DNA of 64,000 nucleotides. It comes from Podarcis muralis. Its lineage: Eukaryota. Position 1 is the stretch's first letter; every line of letters begins with the position of its first letter. The stretch spans positions 26,288,001 to 26,352,000 of the forward strand of contig NC_135667.1 of assembly GCF_964188315.1 (NCBI RefSeq). The letters are read 5' to 3'. The notes below the pieces were generated by a model, which was not told where the DNA came from, ran no database searches, and saw only the letters and a program-made list of their open reading frames with translations. Positions 12,109 through 26,075 of this stretch are shown here, piece after piece. The position numbers were made by a program, and so were the translations under genes.

Positions 12109-13483
12109 ACTCAATGCAAATCTAACTTCAGTTGATCTAATTATATGGTCAAAATTAATAATGTCACCATTCTGTGTACAAATCTAACTTCAGCACTCAG
12201 ATCCCTCTATTTGTCTCTAGCGCTGTATGTTTAGAATCCCCATGATAGCAGCAGCCTGACTTTAATGAATAATTTGCAAATCTACCCAAGCCCAACAACC
12301 AAAAAACATGAATTGATAGAAACCAGTCTAACATAGGTTTGTTCTCTATTCCCTAGTCCGTGGTAATTGCAGGTACTCCATTTTGTATCCTCTGAGCATT
12401 TCTTGAAAAATATGTAATTGTTATATCTTAAGAGAAATAATACCTGCATGTGATTTAGATAATAAGGGCCAAAAGCAAGAGCAATAATTAAAGAGGCTTG
12501 TCTGGAGCCTGGCAGAAAATGGGTTTCATTCATCATAAGGATTGTCGTGTCTGATAAAACAATGCAATTTCCCCATTTCTGCCATTCTAGGAAAGAAAAC
12601 ATATTTTTAGCCCAAGCACCTTTTAGTGTGTGTCCCCTAAGTTTAAAGTTAATAGGATCCAGATGTGAAATGGGACTGCTATGACCAAGCCACAACTCCC
12701 AAATATGCACCCCATTATCAAATATGAAAGTCAATGAGCAGGCATTGGAAATATTCCTATAGACCATTGACTTGATTCATCTTCTGTGTCCTCTTCAGAT
12801 ATATTTGCAGATCTCGAATTGACCTTTACTCTAAACAATTTTTTTTAAAATTCCCTTTAAGAGAGGGATGTTAAGAAATAGACAAACTTTTGGCAAAGGG
12901 GGGCATTTTATGGGAAGGAGATGATGGCAAAGGGAAACAGCTCAACTCCTACTTGGTCTCCATCTTTTCTGACTAATGTTTTGAAGAAAAAATGATTGAA
13001 ATTATGAAAGGAAAAGTTTTCAGCCAATCTGCGTTAAGAAGTGATATGGAAGCACACAGCCACTTAATGAAAGGCTAATTTTGAATAGATGAGTCCATTT
13101 CAATTGGCCAAATGCCTTTGTGGCATCAAGTGACACCATTGGCAATTAAATACCCTTTGGTTTAGTGTGGTAAATCACATTAAATAGTCGATGTTTGGGA
13201 TGCAAAATTAATATTTTTAATCTGATCTACCGTTAAATATTTTGAAGTTGGGTTTTGCTAAGCAGTTTTGCTAGAACAATGGTAAATAATTGAGTATTCA
13301 CATTAATAAAAGAGAATGCCCTTTATGATTCAAGAAGTTCAGTATCAATGTTGAGTTTAGGTAATAAAACAAGTTTGAAAAATTTCCAAGAGCCAGGATT
13401 AAGCCCACCTTGTTGAAAATCCACGTCTAATGTATTCAAAACTGGTATAAGGAGGCCCTGAATGTGGGGGTTATACCCTCTCC

Positions 13484-13546
13484 CAGTGCTTTTTTTCTGG
13501 GGCATGCAGGGGTACCCCTAAACAATTTTTAAGAGAAAAAGCACTG
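13484..13546. mobile_element. 63-bp hAT-type MITE (internal-deletion derivative)
   Basis: TIRs cagtgctttttt/gaaaaagcactg; 8-bp TSD ccctctcc/ccctcttc; empty site in the paralogous region near 25095. Confidence 0.7.
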
Positions 13547-13949
13547 CCCTCTTCTCCCCCAATAAAGCCATCTACATTGGGAGTCTTTTTTACCTTTCAG
13601 GCTTTATTAACTTGTTTTACCTTTTCAAGGGAAAATGGTATTTGCAAATATTCAAAATGATTTTCTTCTAGGTTTTTTTAAAAAAACTTCTGCTTTTGTT
13701 AAAAAAATAATTGGGTGGAAGAATATAATTTTTTTTATTTATTTCATAACTTTCACATTTGATGAGCTTATTGGAACTATTTTATTTCTCTCTTTTAAAA
13801 TATTTTTTATTGATTTTCCATTTTTAACATTCATATAACATCTTATTTCCTTTTACATAACTTTTAGCTCCACAGAGCCACTCGACTTCCCTTTCAAATA
13901 CTTACTTCACATTCACTCTGTAGAACGCCCTCCCATCACATGTCAAAGA

Positions 13950-14095
13950 GATAAACAACTACCTGACTTTTAGAATACATGTGAAGGCAGCCCTCTTTGG
14001 GGAAGTTTTTAGTGTCGGATGTTTTATTGTATTTTTAGTATTCTTTCTGAAGCCGCCCAGAGTGGCTGGGGAAACCCAGCCAGATGGGCGGGGTA

Positions 14096-14126
<31 letters not shown>

Positions 14127-14157
14127 ATTATTATTATTATTATTATTGTTATTATTA
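13950..14157 (+). mobile_element. L2 3' tail with (AAAT)n(ATT)n microsatellite tail
   Basis: acctgacttttagaatacatgtgaaggcagcc...ccagagtggctggggaaacccagccagatgggcggggtataaataaa. Confidence 0.65.
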
Positions 14158-14800
14158 GGGTCTCCTACAGAGGCCTCCATCCCAGTTTGTCACCACAAAC
14201 TTCTCCCCCAACTCCATTACCAAATGAGGACCCAAAGAGAACCCAAGCTGCCATATTACTCTCAGAGAAACATAAGGACTGGATTAAAATAAAAGATTAA
14301 TACAAAGAGGATATGTGACCATCATTTACCTATGCACTCATATTTACCTGAGAGTGTCACTCAAGAATGCTTTCTGTAAGGAACTAGAGATTTTTCAAAA
14401 TTCATGAATGCTTATCCTTCACTTCTTTCTCAAAGCTCCTTAAAGTCAGTGTGGTATTGTTATTACAGCATTGTACTCAAATGAAGGAGACTCACCTTAA
14501 AATAAAGCTAAGCTTATTTGTTATCATTCAACATAACATACCTAACAGTGTTGCTGAAATGGTAAAATAGAGAGAAAAATCAATGAATTCTGCCCTCTCT
14601 GTCTATGAATGATATGGATAGAGAGTAAGAAAGAATTAAAGGAAAATGAACATTCAAATTATGTCATTTTAAGATGTTCTTTGTACATTGCAATCAAAAT
14701 CCTTCTTTATACTTAAGTATAAATGTATAAATAAATAAAAATTATTAGTATTACTTTTATTAGCAGCAGCTTTTGAGAATTACAATGTTCTTTAGTGTTT

Positions 14801-15696
14801 TCATTTCCTAATTAACTGCTCCCTTTTGTTCAGCTCAGGCCTCAACAAGATAATGTAGCATTTGGGGAAGAAGATGCAAGTCAGCAACCCAGCACTGGAG
14901 GCCAAGATGGAGAAGATCTCCACAGCCACCATGTATTTCCCTTTGGTGCTCAAGTAAGTTGGAACAAAGGACAACCAAACACTGCAAAACACCAACATGC
15001 TGAAAGTGATGAACTTGGCTTCATTGAAACTGTCAGGCAAGTTCCGGGCAAAGAAAGCTACAATGAAGCTGGCCATGGCTAGCAAGCCCATGTAGCTCAG
15101 GACACAGTAAAACATGATTGGGGATGACTCGTTACATTGCAGTACAATCTGCTCAGTCATTGACTGGGCGTCAGTATCTGGGAATGGAGGAGAGGTGGAA
15201 AGCCACACCAGGCAGATGCCCGCTTGAAGAATGGAGCAAGAAAGGACAATGGAGCTGGCCAGGCTTTTTCCCACCCACTTCTTCATCCTGGATCCAGGCT
15301 GTGTAGCCATGAAAACAAGAACCACAGTGATGGTTTTGGCCAGCACAGAAGACACAGCCATTGTGAACACAAGGCCAAAGGCAGTTTGGCGCAGAAAACA
15401 TGTCACTTTGTCAGGTCTGCCAATAAATAGAAGTGCAGAAAGGAAGCAGAGTAGGAGGGAGATGAGGAGAGTGTAGGTCAGGTCCCTGTTGTTGGCTTTA
15501 ACTATGGCAGTGTCATGGTGCTTCAGAAATATTCTTAGCATCAAAACTGTGATAATGGAAAATGAAACAGCAGAAATTGTTAAACTGATTCCCAAAGGTT
15601 CTTCATAAGATAAGAAGGTTATAGTCTTGGTAATACAAGCATTCTGGCCCTTGTTTGCATATTGATCTTCTGGACATTTGGAACACACAGGCATAT
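14801..15696 (-). CDS. V2R B exon 6 (7TM)
   Basis: Within ORF 14801..15790; acceptor tttcag| at 15696. Confidence 0.95.
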
Positions 15697-18548
15697 CTGA
15701 AATGGAAAACACAAAAAATACCAGGTTAAAATTATTTTTAACCCTTTGCTTCTGACGTGACAGGAATACAATAATGAATAAGTAACACAAACTAGCTATA
15801 GCTGTTCCTCTGTATTATCTACACTGCCGGTGGCACTGTGGTCTAAACGACCGTGCCTCAATCACAAGGTTGGCAGTTCGGATCCGCACAACCAGGTGAG
15901 CTCCCATTGCTTTGTCCTAGCTCCTGTCCACCTAGCAGTTCGAAAGCATGCCAGCATAAGTAGATAAATAGGTACTGTTATAGTGGGAAAATAAACAGCA
16001 TTTCTGTGCTCTCTTGCTTCCATCTTTGTGTCCCGTTGCACCAGAAACAGTTTAGTCATGCTGGCCAAATGATCCAGAAAGCTGGGGTCACCTGGCTTCT
16101 TCAATCTGTTGCTGGCATGTTTACTTCACTCTCCTTGATACTTTTTCAGTTGGTCCTGAGACAGATGATCAGCCAGGGCTCCCTCTAGCTCATAGAATAG
16201 CCTGCTGTGCTAGATGGCTCTAGGTTGATAGCCACACAGATTCATAGACACTACCAAATCTCCTTTGAAATATGCAAGGCACCTAACATTGCAGAGCTGG
16301 ACGCATAAAAGGGCATTGCCCACATAGTACTCATTAATTGCATTTACATAATGTGTCTGGTATTCTTCCTAGTATTTGGCTGTGAAGTATAGACATTCTT
16401 CTTGCATCTGTATGCTGAAACTCACCTTCATGATCAGATATCCACCCTTTGGGGCATACAATGCAGTCATAGCAGCAAAAGGACTCCCCCTCCTTGCTTT
16501 TCTTCATATAACTGGTTGGGCACTTGGGATTACACAAAGCAACAGGCTGTGTCTATCAACAAATGAAACACAGATATGTTAATCTTCAGGAGGATTATCT
16601 TGGAATCATTAAGGTTCTGGAGACAACATGCTGTACAGTGGTCTAGCTTACTAAGAAACATAAACAACATTTTGAATTGTTTACTTGTGGAATGAATGTT
16701 GAAGGCCCCGTTTAACAAGTGCACATGGCACTTGTCAAAGCTGAGACTTACAATACCCAATAACCCTTGTTGACGGCTCAGTTGCAGCATTAGGGGGCCC
16801 CACGCCCTTCACCAACTGCATTCACACAGCTGGAGACTACACTTGCATGATAGCTGTTTCTGCTCATCCTGCTCTTCCTGCTTCAATTCTTTCCTGTTTC
16901 TGGGAGAAAGTGATGCAGGAGAAGTAGTGATGCACCTGGCTCTTCACTTCCCTGACCTACATCTTCCTGCACTTCCTTGAGTCATTCACTCTCCACTTCT
17001 GCAGCTTCCTCTGCCTCTTCACTCCTGGCTGCTTGTCCTTCCCAGTCAGACTCCAGCCTCAATTCCCCCACTGCACACTCATCAGGTTCCTGAAACTCCC
17101 TGACATCAACATAACATAGACATTTTTGCAATGTAATTTCTCTTGTCATGAACATGCCAGCCAAAAGCCAAGCAGTACAGCTTGAGATAGAAGGCAGGCA
17201 GGCAGGCAGGCAAAGAACAGAGAGACTTGCAGACTTATCAGAGAGCTGGAACCAGTGGGCTGACAATTCCCCCCTCTGAAGCTGGCAGGAATGCAGTTTA
17301 TCAGCTCAGGGAAGGCGGGCTGGAGGGAAGCCAGCTTTCTCAAGAATCACATTCATGGCACAAGGGAGGGAGAGCAGTTCCTCACCAGGAGGGGGGGGGG
17401 AGCTGACCCCATCAACCACAGGGCTAGACAGATGGGAAAAGTCCAAGACAAAAGATGACCCCTGAAACGTAAGGGTTGGAAGTTCAGGATACTCTGCAGA
17501 AGCCGGATGAATTGTTCAGAAGGATCAACTTGATTGTGATGTATGTTTGCTCGGAGATAGCGGTCAGAGGCTAATTGCTTGTAAGCAATAAATCTTTCAT
17601 TAAATTACTTCTTGCGTGCTGTTTCTCAAGCCGACAGCCAGCCAGCTCCTGGTGTCTGTCAATATAATTCATTTTACAAATATAAACATTTTGAAGCACA
17701 CACTATGGCCTCTTACTCAGTGGATTGAGTCTACATAGGGCTGCTTTTTATTTTTGCTTGAATGAGAGCAGCATTTTCATGCAATGGGGAACCATCCATG
17801 AAATGTCTCCTCAGTGGGTTGGGATGGTTGGAGAATGAGCAACGGGCAAGGACAAAATTGAGCTCGGGATTGGGCTTCACTCAAAGGACTCACCCTCTTC
17901 AAGAACTGGGACACTTCCACAAATATCTGTATTGAAGTTCTACCTGATTAAACCAGCTGGGCCAAACTATGGCATCCTCATTGATGCTCAAGAGTTTGTC
18001 AGGAGGAGCTCGGGGATCCATCCTTCCAACTTTCATTCTCTTGAAAGATTGGTTTGGATATGTGACCAAATTGATAATGTCATACTTTTGAATGAGCTCC
18101 CCATTCTGGTCAAAGGAAACCTTCTCCCCAACACTGTTGTTAAATGACACAGCTTTCAAAAAATGGTAGAGCTGGAACAAAAACAGAAAAAGGAGCTATT
18201 TAAGAGAATGGTTCAACCAGACAACCCCCCCCCCAAAAAAAAACCCCACCTCCAAACCACTTCAATGAAGGCCACTGTGGTGGATAATGCCCTCTTGTCA
18301 TATCCGAATGAATCTGATGCTACTATATAGGACTTACTCTCCATTTGTTTCTTGTTCATGCAACATTAGAGCTCTGCCTGTGTCTGAAACCACACACCAT
18401 GTACATCTCTCAAGCTTACCACTCTTTCTCATATGCACTATTACATTTTGCTCTCTTCATTTCTCTTTCACACACCACACTTGACCTCTCTCTCTCTCTG
18501 CCCAAATGAATCTCATCCAATCACGCACGCACGCACGCACGCGCGCAC

Positions 18549-18583
<35 letters not shown>

Positions 18584-20733
18584 CACACACACAAAAACAA
18601 ACACACACACAAAGACCATATCTGAGCATTCAAACAACCATTCAGAAAAGCTGCTGAATGGATGAAAACATGCTGGCCAACTGCTCCAAATGTGGTATGT
18701 AGAAATTAGCTGTGTAGATGGAATGGTTCCTATCATTCCCTCTTCCCCAAAATATATTGGGAAACTACACAGTGCAAAGTGAGTTCCCATCCAAATCACC
18801 ACATGGGCAGTGGGCAACAAAGAGGCAAAGAGACTGGGTGCTTATGTCAGCAAAATAGCAAATCCCAGAACCTAAATAAGAAAACAAAAAAACCTTCCTA
18901 AGAAACAATGTTTTCTTCTTAACAAACAATTCAGATGTACAATTAAAAGTCACTGAAATTAATAAAAAAAGTAGAACAAACAGCTCCTGATTCAAGTTTG
19001 GACTCTCTCACCTGCCATGGCTGATGATAGTGAAGACTCCTTCTGTCTCTCTTCATCCCTGCTTTGCTTCTGGATCTGGACAAAATCATGGCATGTAAGG
19101 CATGAGCCACAATATAGACACTATTGTAAAAGCTGTAGCTGTGGCCTGTTACACTCCTTGGGAAGACATGCTCAGGAAGGCTCTCTAGTTTCTCCTCTCC
19201 AGTGCAGGTAGATGAATAAGCTCTCCCAGAGTAATTACCCAGTACAAAAGGGTCCAGAACAATATCCTGGGATATACAGCGAAATTGATCTGTCCAGAAA
19301 TCTTTAATAAAAGTATCTCCTTCAGCATTCGAAGGGTTTCTGTTCTGAATAAAATGCTGGAATCCTTGAAGTTCATTAGACTGAAGTGCAAACGATAAAG
19401 CACCAGAGAAATCTTGGAAATCAAAGAAACCATATTCCAAGAGGTAGGTTTTTAACTCCATCCCGATAGTCAGAATGAAGACTTTTCCTTTTGGATTTGG
19501 CATTTGGGGCTTCATTTTTTGTTGTAGAAGACATCTCAAACTGATCATACTTGTAGCCTCTCCATGGAAGACGAGGACATTGGCTTTGCTGTTCATGATC
19601 TTATAAGACAAATACATTGCACTTCGGTCAAAATTTCCTTCCTCAATATCATATTCAAAACTGGTGAATGAGTCAAGGAATGCAAAACAAATGCTATGAC
19701 TGGAAAATTCTGGAATCATCTTCTCTATGAACCATTGTAACGTCATTCCATCTGCAGCAAACAATCCAATCCATCTCCATTGGAAATGGTCAAGTAATTT
19801 GAGAACCCCCCTGAACTGATCAAGTCTCTTTGGAAACATTTTGTAGAAGGAAGGGAGTTCAGGGTTCTCCAGTATGATTGAAGCCGAATCATATATGAGC
19901 TAAACATTTATTGCAGTTGTGGAAAAGAAGATTTTTTTAGTTAACATTGGTCATGCTTCTATGTTTGGGGGGGTTTGGGGACTGCAAATACATTTGTACA
20001 GTGCTGTATATCTTAATAAAAAAATGTGCATATATCTCAATGAGTTTTCAGACTTTGCAACATATTTTTTTCTTTAAATTTTTCAAGGTTCAGTAAATTC
20101 TCTAATTTTACATCAAATACAATTTTAAATCTCACATGTTATCCAGAAAATCTCAATTCACACCACTGTCTTATTAATTGAAGTCACATTAGAAGCAATC
20201 TTGCAAATTAAATTGGATTAAGATATGTAAGATACTGATGAAAAACACGATGAGATAAACTAGGGCTTTACATAAGATTCACCTGATGCTGAAGTTCCAA
20301 GGCAAATAAGGCATATTTGGAAGGACACAGGAGTTGGGCAAATCAGGTAAAGGCAACTACATATTTCTGCAGGTTTTATAACACAGAAAATTCCTTGGCT
20401 TTCATACATGGCTTCAACCCCGTATACCAGAAGGAGCGTCTCCACCCCCATTGTTAGTCTACTGAGATCCAGCTCCAAGAGTCTTCTTGTGGTTCTCTCA
20501 TTGTGGAAAGTGAGGTTCCAGGGAACCAGGAAGTGCCTTCTTAGTAATGGTGCCCGCCCTGTGTAACACCCCCCTGTCCAATGTCAAGGAACTAAACAAC
20601 TATATGAATTTTAGAATACATCTGAAACCAGTCCGTGTATAAGAAATACTTCAAAGTGTGGCATTTTACTGTAGTTTTATAATTTGCTGGAAGGCGCAGA
20701 GAGTAATTGGGGCAAACCAATCAGTTGGGTGGC

Positions 20734-20767
<34 letters not shown>

Positions 20768-21247
20768 TCATGTCATAAGATATGAAGAAAAGCAGGCACT
20801 GGGAAAGTAAGCCTTGTGGAAACTCTTAGACCTATCCTGATTGCTGGTTGTGTCTTTTAGGAGAAGGTAGGAGCAAACTGTGTCCACCCTCCTTCCTGCC
20901 TAAGAAGGATTTGCCTCTCTGTGTAGACTGTGCTTGCTCCAGTCCTGTCTTCTGCTTGGCATTTTTGCAAAAGAACACCCCACAGAATTACCCCCTCCTT
21001 TAATTCATCAGGAGGAGGAATGAGAAAGTCACCTTCTTCTTACTCCCTCCTAGCAGCAAGTTTAATGAGGGTTGAAAAGGCACATTGATAAAACCAGTGT
21101 CAGTGCAACAGCCAATCAGAATTCGCGCCTCAGAAATCCAACGTTTCGGAAGCAGAATGGACTTCCAGAACATATTAAGTTGGACAACCAAAGTTACCTT
21201 GTATTGTTACCAAATCCTGTTTGCATAATTTTCATTTTTTAATTGAA

Positions 21248-21281
<34 letters not shown>

Positions 21282-23847
21282 TTTGGATGAATCCGAAACC
21301 ACTTCTGAAATGAAAAGCAGTATTCACATTGTATATATTTGTTTTGTATCCTTACACACATACACTCTTACCTGAGGGATCTTGTAGATAGCAAATATTT
21401 GTGCTATGGGAAAGTAGTTATTAGTAACATCCGCAGTGATTGTCAATAAATGTTCATGGATACCACACATAAAGTTGGGGAGAAGTCTGTCCTTTGGTGA
21501 AATAAATTGCATTGCAGCAGGACAGGTCCACCTAGCTTGTAAAGTGTTATCATAAATGTTGAATCCCAGTGAAATATTGGGTAAAATCTGGGGATTTTGA
21601 TTAATCTCCTTTACAGCAAAAGCCAAAGCCAGAAGATGCTGATAGTTCTCTGTCACTCCACTAAAAAGAGAGTTGCATATTGTGTCACAAGTATATCCTG
21701 CTCTTTCTGAAGCTGTTATTTTCTAAAGTGGCAACCCTATCGCAAGATCCCCTTGGATGAGCATGTTAGAATGCAGCAGGTCTCTGAGCCAGAGGGCTGC
21801 TTCCTGTCTCAGCTGGCCCATCCTAGTTGAGCCTTGGCTGAGGTGGCTGAGTTGAAGCTGGCCAAGGTGACGATCACTGAGCTGATGCTGGGGAGAAATA
21901 GTCGTTCCAGAGGAATGGGAGGGCAGGACTAAAGGGGGGTTGAGTTAGGATATTCCACTAACTCACATTACCTGGCAAGCCGACATACAAAAATATGTTA
22001 AAATGTTAGGTTCTTACTGCTAGGTTTGGTCGTACTGCACATGGAGTTGGAGGGTGTGTCACAGCTATGAAGTAGAATGGAAGGTGAGAGGCAGAGGGCG
22101 CCCATGAAATCTGAGACCCCCCAAATCCACCACAGGCCAGGCTTCGGTAGAGGAGCGGCAGCATCTCTGCTGCTGAATGTGGCTTGGATGTGGTGGATTT
22201 TTACCTCAGCTTAATTCACACTGACCAGTTTATTGTGCACAGGAGTGTTCCCCTATTATTATTTTTTCGTTATTGTTCTTCATTACTATATATTATGTAC
22301 TCCGGAACACAAGTGAGGCAAAGCTACCATATCAATTTCACCACCATCATTTTATTTGTATGCCTTTCTATAGTTAAAATCATGTTCAAGGCAGTTTACA
22401 ACATAGAATCCTAGAAGATTAGGAAGGAACCTCATGTATAATCTACTCCACAGGCATCTCTGGGTGGCCTCAAACCACCAACATTCTGGTTAACAGCAAG
22501 AAAACTCTAACCCAGACAAAGCATTGTTCCAAAACAAATTTATTGATATGCATTGAATGAAGTTTGTAAAGTTAAGGTTAAAAGATGAAACGGGATTAAT
22601 GGGGAATATGGAAATAACTTTTTGAACACAATATAAAGGGAATGAAAAACAAAGGAAGCTGAGCATGGGTGGAGGGAAGTCATAATGGTACAAATATGGT
22701 ACCAAATAGATAGCTAGACATAGATATATATGTATAGTTTGTATTGCAAAGAATGATTAAAGATGTAATTGAATATAATATTGTAAAACAAAACGAGAGG
22801 AAAAAAGAAAAAACCCCTCTAACCCATTGCAGTACCTTAAGCACAAGCCATGGCAAGATTTACATAATTACAAACATGACAAAAGTCATAATGAATAAAT
22901 AAAACACATCAAAAAGTACAAGCCCAAACCAAAATAAAAATGGGGGGGGGGGGCTCTAGCCCATTGCAGTACCTTAGGCACAAGACATGAAAACATCACT
23001 CACGAGCAAGATGGTCTCCGGGAAATGACATGTTTAATTCCTATTCTGAATAACTACAAACATATTCAATAAGATATATTAATGTTTTGAGAGCTGTGGA
23101 GAGGGAGAGAGATACTCCTCACTCTATACATTGTCCTGAAGCTAAGCTCTTTATATTCTTTATTTGGTGGGGATAGTAGCTTGGTTTACGAAGCAGAATT
23201 CAATATCATAACTTAACTGGGTACCATCACTCTGCAACATCCTGCTTTGGAAGACAACATGGTGATGGAGAGAGATACAAATGGAAAGAGGATGGAAATG
23301 CACATGTCAAGAAAACAATGCTATAAAAGTCAGGTGACATTCCAAAGCCCCAGTACATATTCAGTGGATATTTGTATGCGGGGAGGTGGGATACAAAATG
23401 CCTATGATTAATTATTTGATTTTCCTGTTGCACAAAATACCATTGTCTGGAGGCTGAAAACTTAAGATTTCTGTGGACCTTCCTCTCCCTCTCCCTTGTC
23501 TAGTCTGTTCAAAGTTTCTGTTTTAGAATTAGGGCTGCAAAGAATCAAAGTTCAGTCTCTTTATTTTCTGCTGCTGAATGTAATATAACAGAGACAAAGT
23601 AGGAAGGAGAAATGACTCCTTATACAAACCCTTTAGGTACTTGTTCCCAATCAGGATGTCTGTTCAAGGTAATTGGAGACAGAGAAACGGCACTCTGAAA
23701 AACAATGGCTCCATAGGTGAAATCTCCAGGCTGATAATACCTGGGATTAACTGGTCTGGAACGCCACTTTCTACACTGAACATCCAGAGTTTTGCATGCT
23801 ATGGGAGGAAGCAGCAGCAGCAACAAGAAAATTACTAATATCATCAT
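14801..23847 (-). CDS. V2R gene B, 6 coding exons, ~881 aa: join(23630..23847, 21372..21660, 19012..19899, 17944..18171, 16426..16552, 14801..15696)
   Basis: 218+289+888+228+127+896=2646 nt, in phase, canonical splice dinucleotides, same motifs as gene A. Confidence 0.93.
15826..16095 (+). mobile_element. Sauria-type SINE (paralogous copy, V2R B intron 5)
   Basis: Same position and sequence as the 1164 copy. Confidence 0.7.
16426..16552 (-). CDS. V2R B exon 5 (Cys-rich)
   Basis: [36 protein letters not shown]; 127 nt. Confidence 0.92.
17144..17661 (+). mobile_element. Solo-LTR-like insertion, V2R B intron 4 only
   Basis: TGTCA...TGTCA ends, AATAAA about 75 nt before the end; absent at the aligned site in A (about 5140) and C (about 32670). 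Confidence 0.5.
17944..18171 (-). CDS. V2R B exon 4
   Basis: Within ORF 17899..18180; 228 nt, AG/GT bounded. Confidence 0.93.
18524..18610. repeat. (CACG)n/(CA)n microsatellite
   Basis: Read directly. Confidence 0.9.
19012..19899 (-). CDS. V2R B exon 3
   Basis: ORF 18943..19839 extended to tttag|CTC ATA TAT; donor CAG|gtgag; 888 nt. Confidence 0.93.
21372..21660 (-). CDS. V2R B exon 2
   Basis: ORF 21324..21656; 289 nt, AG/GT bounded. Confidence 0.92.
23630..23847 (-). CDS. V2R B exon 1
   Basis: Within ORF 23620..23853; ATG at 23847; signal peptide; phase-2 GT donor at the same position as in A and C. Confidence 0.85.
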
Positions 23848-25639
23848 TCTCAAAGCAAATCGAAATTCAGTTGATCTGTTTCTATCTTCAAAATGACTAA
23901 TTTCGCCATTCTGTGTACAAATCTAACCTCAGCACACACATCCCTCTATTTGTATCTACTGCTGTGGGCTTAGAATCTGATAGCAAGACCCTGAATTTAA
24001 TGACGAATTTGCAGATCTACCCAAGTCCAACAACCATTGACAGAAATCAATCTAACATAGACATCTTGTTCCCTACTCCCTAGTCCTGGTGTTGAATAAG
24101 AGGTATATTTATGGCATCCTTCACAATGTGCGTGATTTATTTTCTTATTGGCCACTGGAATTCCTGGGAGAATTTTTCCATTACAGTCCTCTGGCTAATT
24201 GCAGGTACTCTATTGTGTATCCTCTGAGCAATTCTTGAAGAACATGTACTTGTTACATCTTAAGAGAAATAATACCTGCATGTGATTTGGATAATTATGA
24301 CCAAAAGTAAGAGCAACAATTTAAGAGGCTTGTCTGGAGCCTGGCAGAAAATGGGATTAATTCGTCATAGGGATTGCATTGTCTGATAAAATAATTTGAT
24401 TTCCCCCACTTCTGCCATTCTAGGAAAGAAAATACATTTTTTGGCACAAGTACCTTTCAGTGTTTGTCCCCTAATTTTAAAGATAATAGGATCTGAAATG
24501 AGACTGCTAGGATCAAGCAAAAGCTCACAAATATGCCCCCCATTATCAATTATGAAAATCAATGAGTAGGCATTGGAAATATTCCTATGGACCATTGTCT
24601 TGATGCATCTTCCATGTCCTCTTCAGATATCTTTGCAGATCTCTGATTCATCTTTATGTTAATCTCATAAACATCTTTATGTTGTTGTTTTTAATCCCCT
24701 TTAAGAGAGGGATGTTAAGAAATAGACAAATGTTTGGCACAAGGCAAAATACAAGGACATTTTATGGAAAGGAGATGATGGCAAACGTGGCACCGCTCAA
24801 CTCCTACCTGCACTCCATCACATTAAATAAGTTGATTTTTGGGATGCAAAAAAACCCAAAAAAACTTTTAAATATTTTAGTGTGCTAAGCAGTTTTCTAG
24901 AACAATGGTAAATAATTGAGGATTCACATTAATAAAAGAGAATGCCCTTTATGGTTCAAGAAGTTCAGTATCAATGTTGGGTTTAGGTAATAAAACAAGT
25001 TTGGATAATTTCCAAGAGTCAGGACTAAGTGCACCATGTTGAAAATCCATATGTAATGTATTCTAAACTAGTATAAGGAGGCCCTGATTGTGGGTGCTAT
25101 ACCGTCTCCTCCCTGATAAAACCATCCATATTGAGTCTTTCTTACCATTCAGGCTTTATTAACTTATTCTACTTTTTCAAAGGAAATGGCTATTTGCAAA
25201 TATTCAATATGATTTTCTTCTAGGTTTTTCCAAACTTCTGCTTTTTTTGGGGGGGGGAGAATATAAATTTGAATTAAAAGATTAAAAGAATTGAATATTT
25301 CATTTGTTTGTTAAATTTTCATACTTGCTGAGCTTATTGAGTATACTTTTCCCCTCAATTTTCTTTCATGTAAATTATTTACTAACAATTTAGAATGTTT
25401 CCAAATTCATAATATGCTCCATTGAAGTATTGTAATGCTCCACAATTTTTGGTTATTTTGGAGGCATTTGGATCAGCTTTATGTTTGGTAACTATTTTTT
25501 ATAATTCCCATTCTCTTATTTACATTTTTTTCCTGTTTAAAAATAATTGTTACTATAAATACAGGCAACCCCTAATTTGCTATTGGATTGTGTTCCGGGT
25601 CATTGAGTGCTGATTCCATGTCGCTGTGATGCGTGTGTG

Positions 25640-26075
25640 CACAGGCTTTGAATGTGTGTAATTTGATCATTGCATGTAATATCTGCTTAACTAGGGATTG
25701 GTGTGTGTGGCTTTTCTGCATGGCATGGTTGTGTTGGGTCTGCTGTGGCCACCATCATCAGTGTAGTCAGGGGAGGGGATGGTCACCTGGATCCACCTAC
25801 CTCTGGACACATCAGAGAATGAGGTGTGGGTGGGCGGTGCCCAGCGAGCAAAATCAGGGCCAGGGCCATGAGGGAAGGCTGCCTTCTTGACTGACATTCA
25901 TGGGATTTCCCACCCAGTTTCAGAAGGGCCTGCACAGTGGAGAGCAGGCACATTGCATATGAACCTTGCTATGTTTACTGGGTCTTCGTTGTTGGGGCCA
26001 AGGAGGAATTTTCTCCTGCAAGCAAATTGGCTTGTACGTTTTCACCTATCTCATAGCAACCGTCACAACCTGAAG
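25640..26075 (-). repeat. Unclassified LTR-like repeat, related to 39960-40350
   Basis: Minus strand gttgtgacggttgctatgagataggtgaaaac...ggagaaaattcc matches plus strand gttgtcacgatttgctacgcagtaggtgaaacc...gggaaaattctt at 39960. Confidence 0.4.

Noticed and set aside
12282-12767. 161-aa minus-strand ORF upstream of V2R A
   Set aside because: Broken into different frames in the B and C paralogues (24365, 38172, 38373), so non-coding
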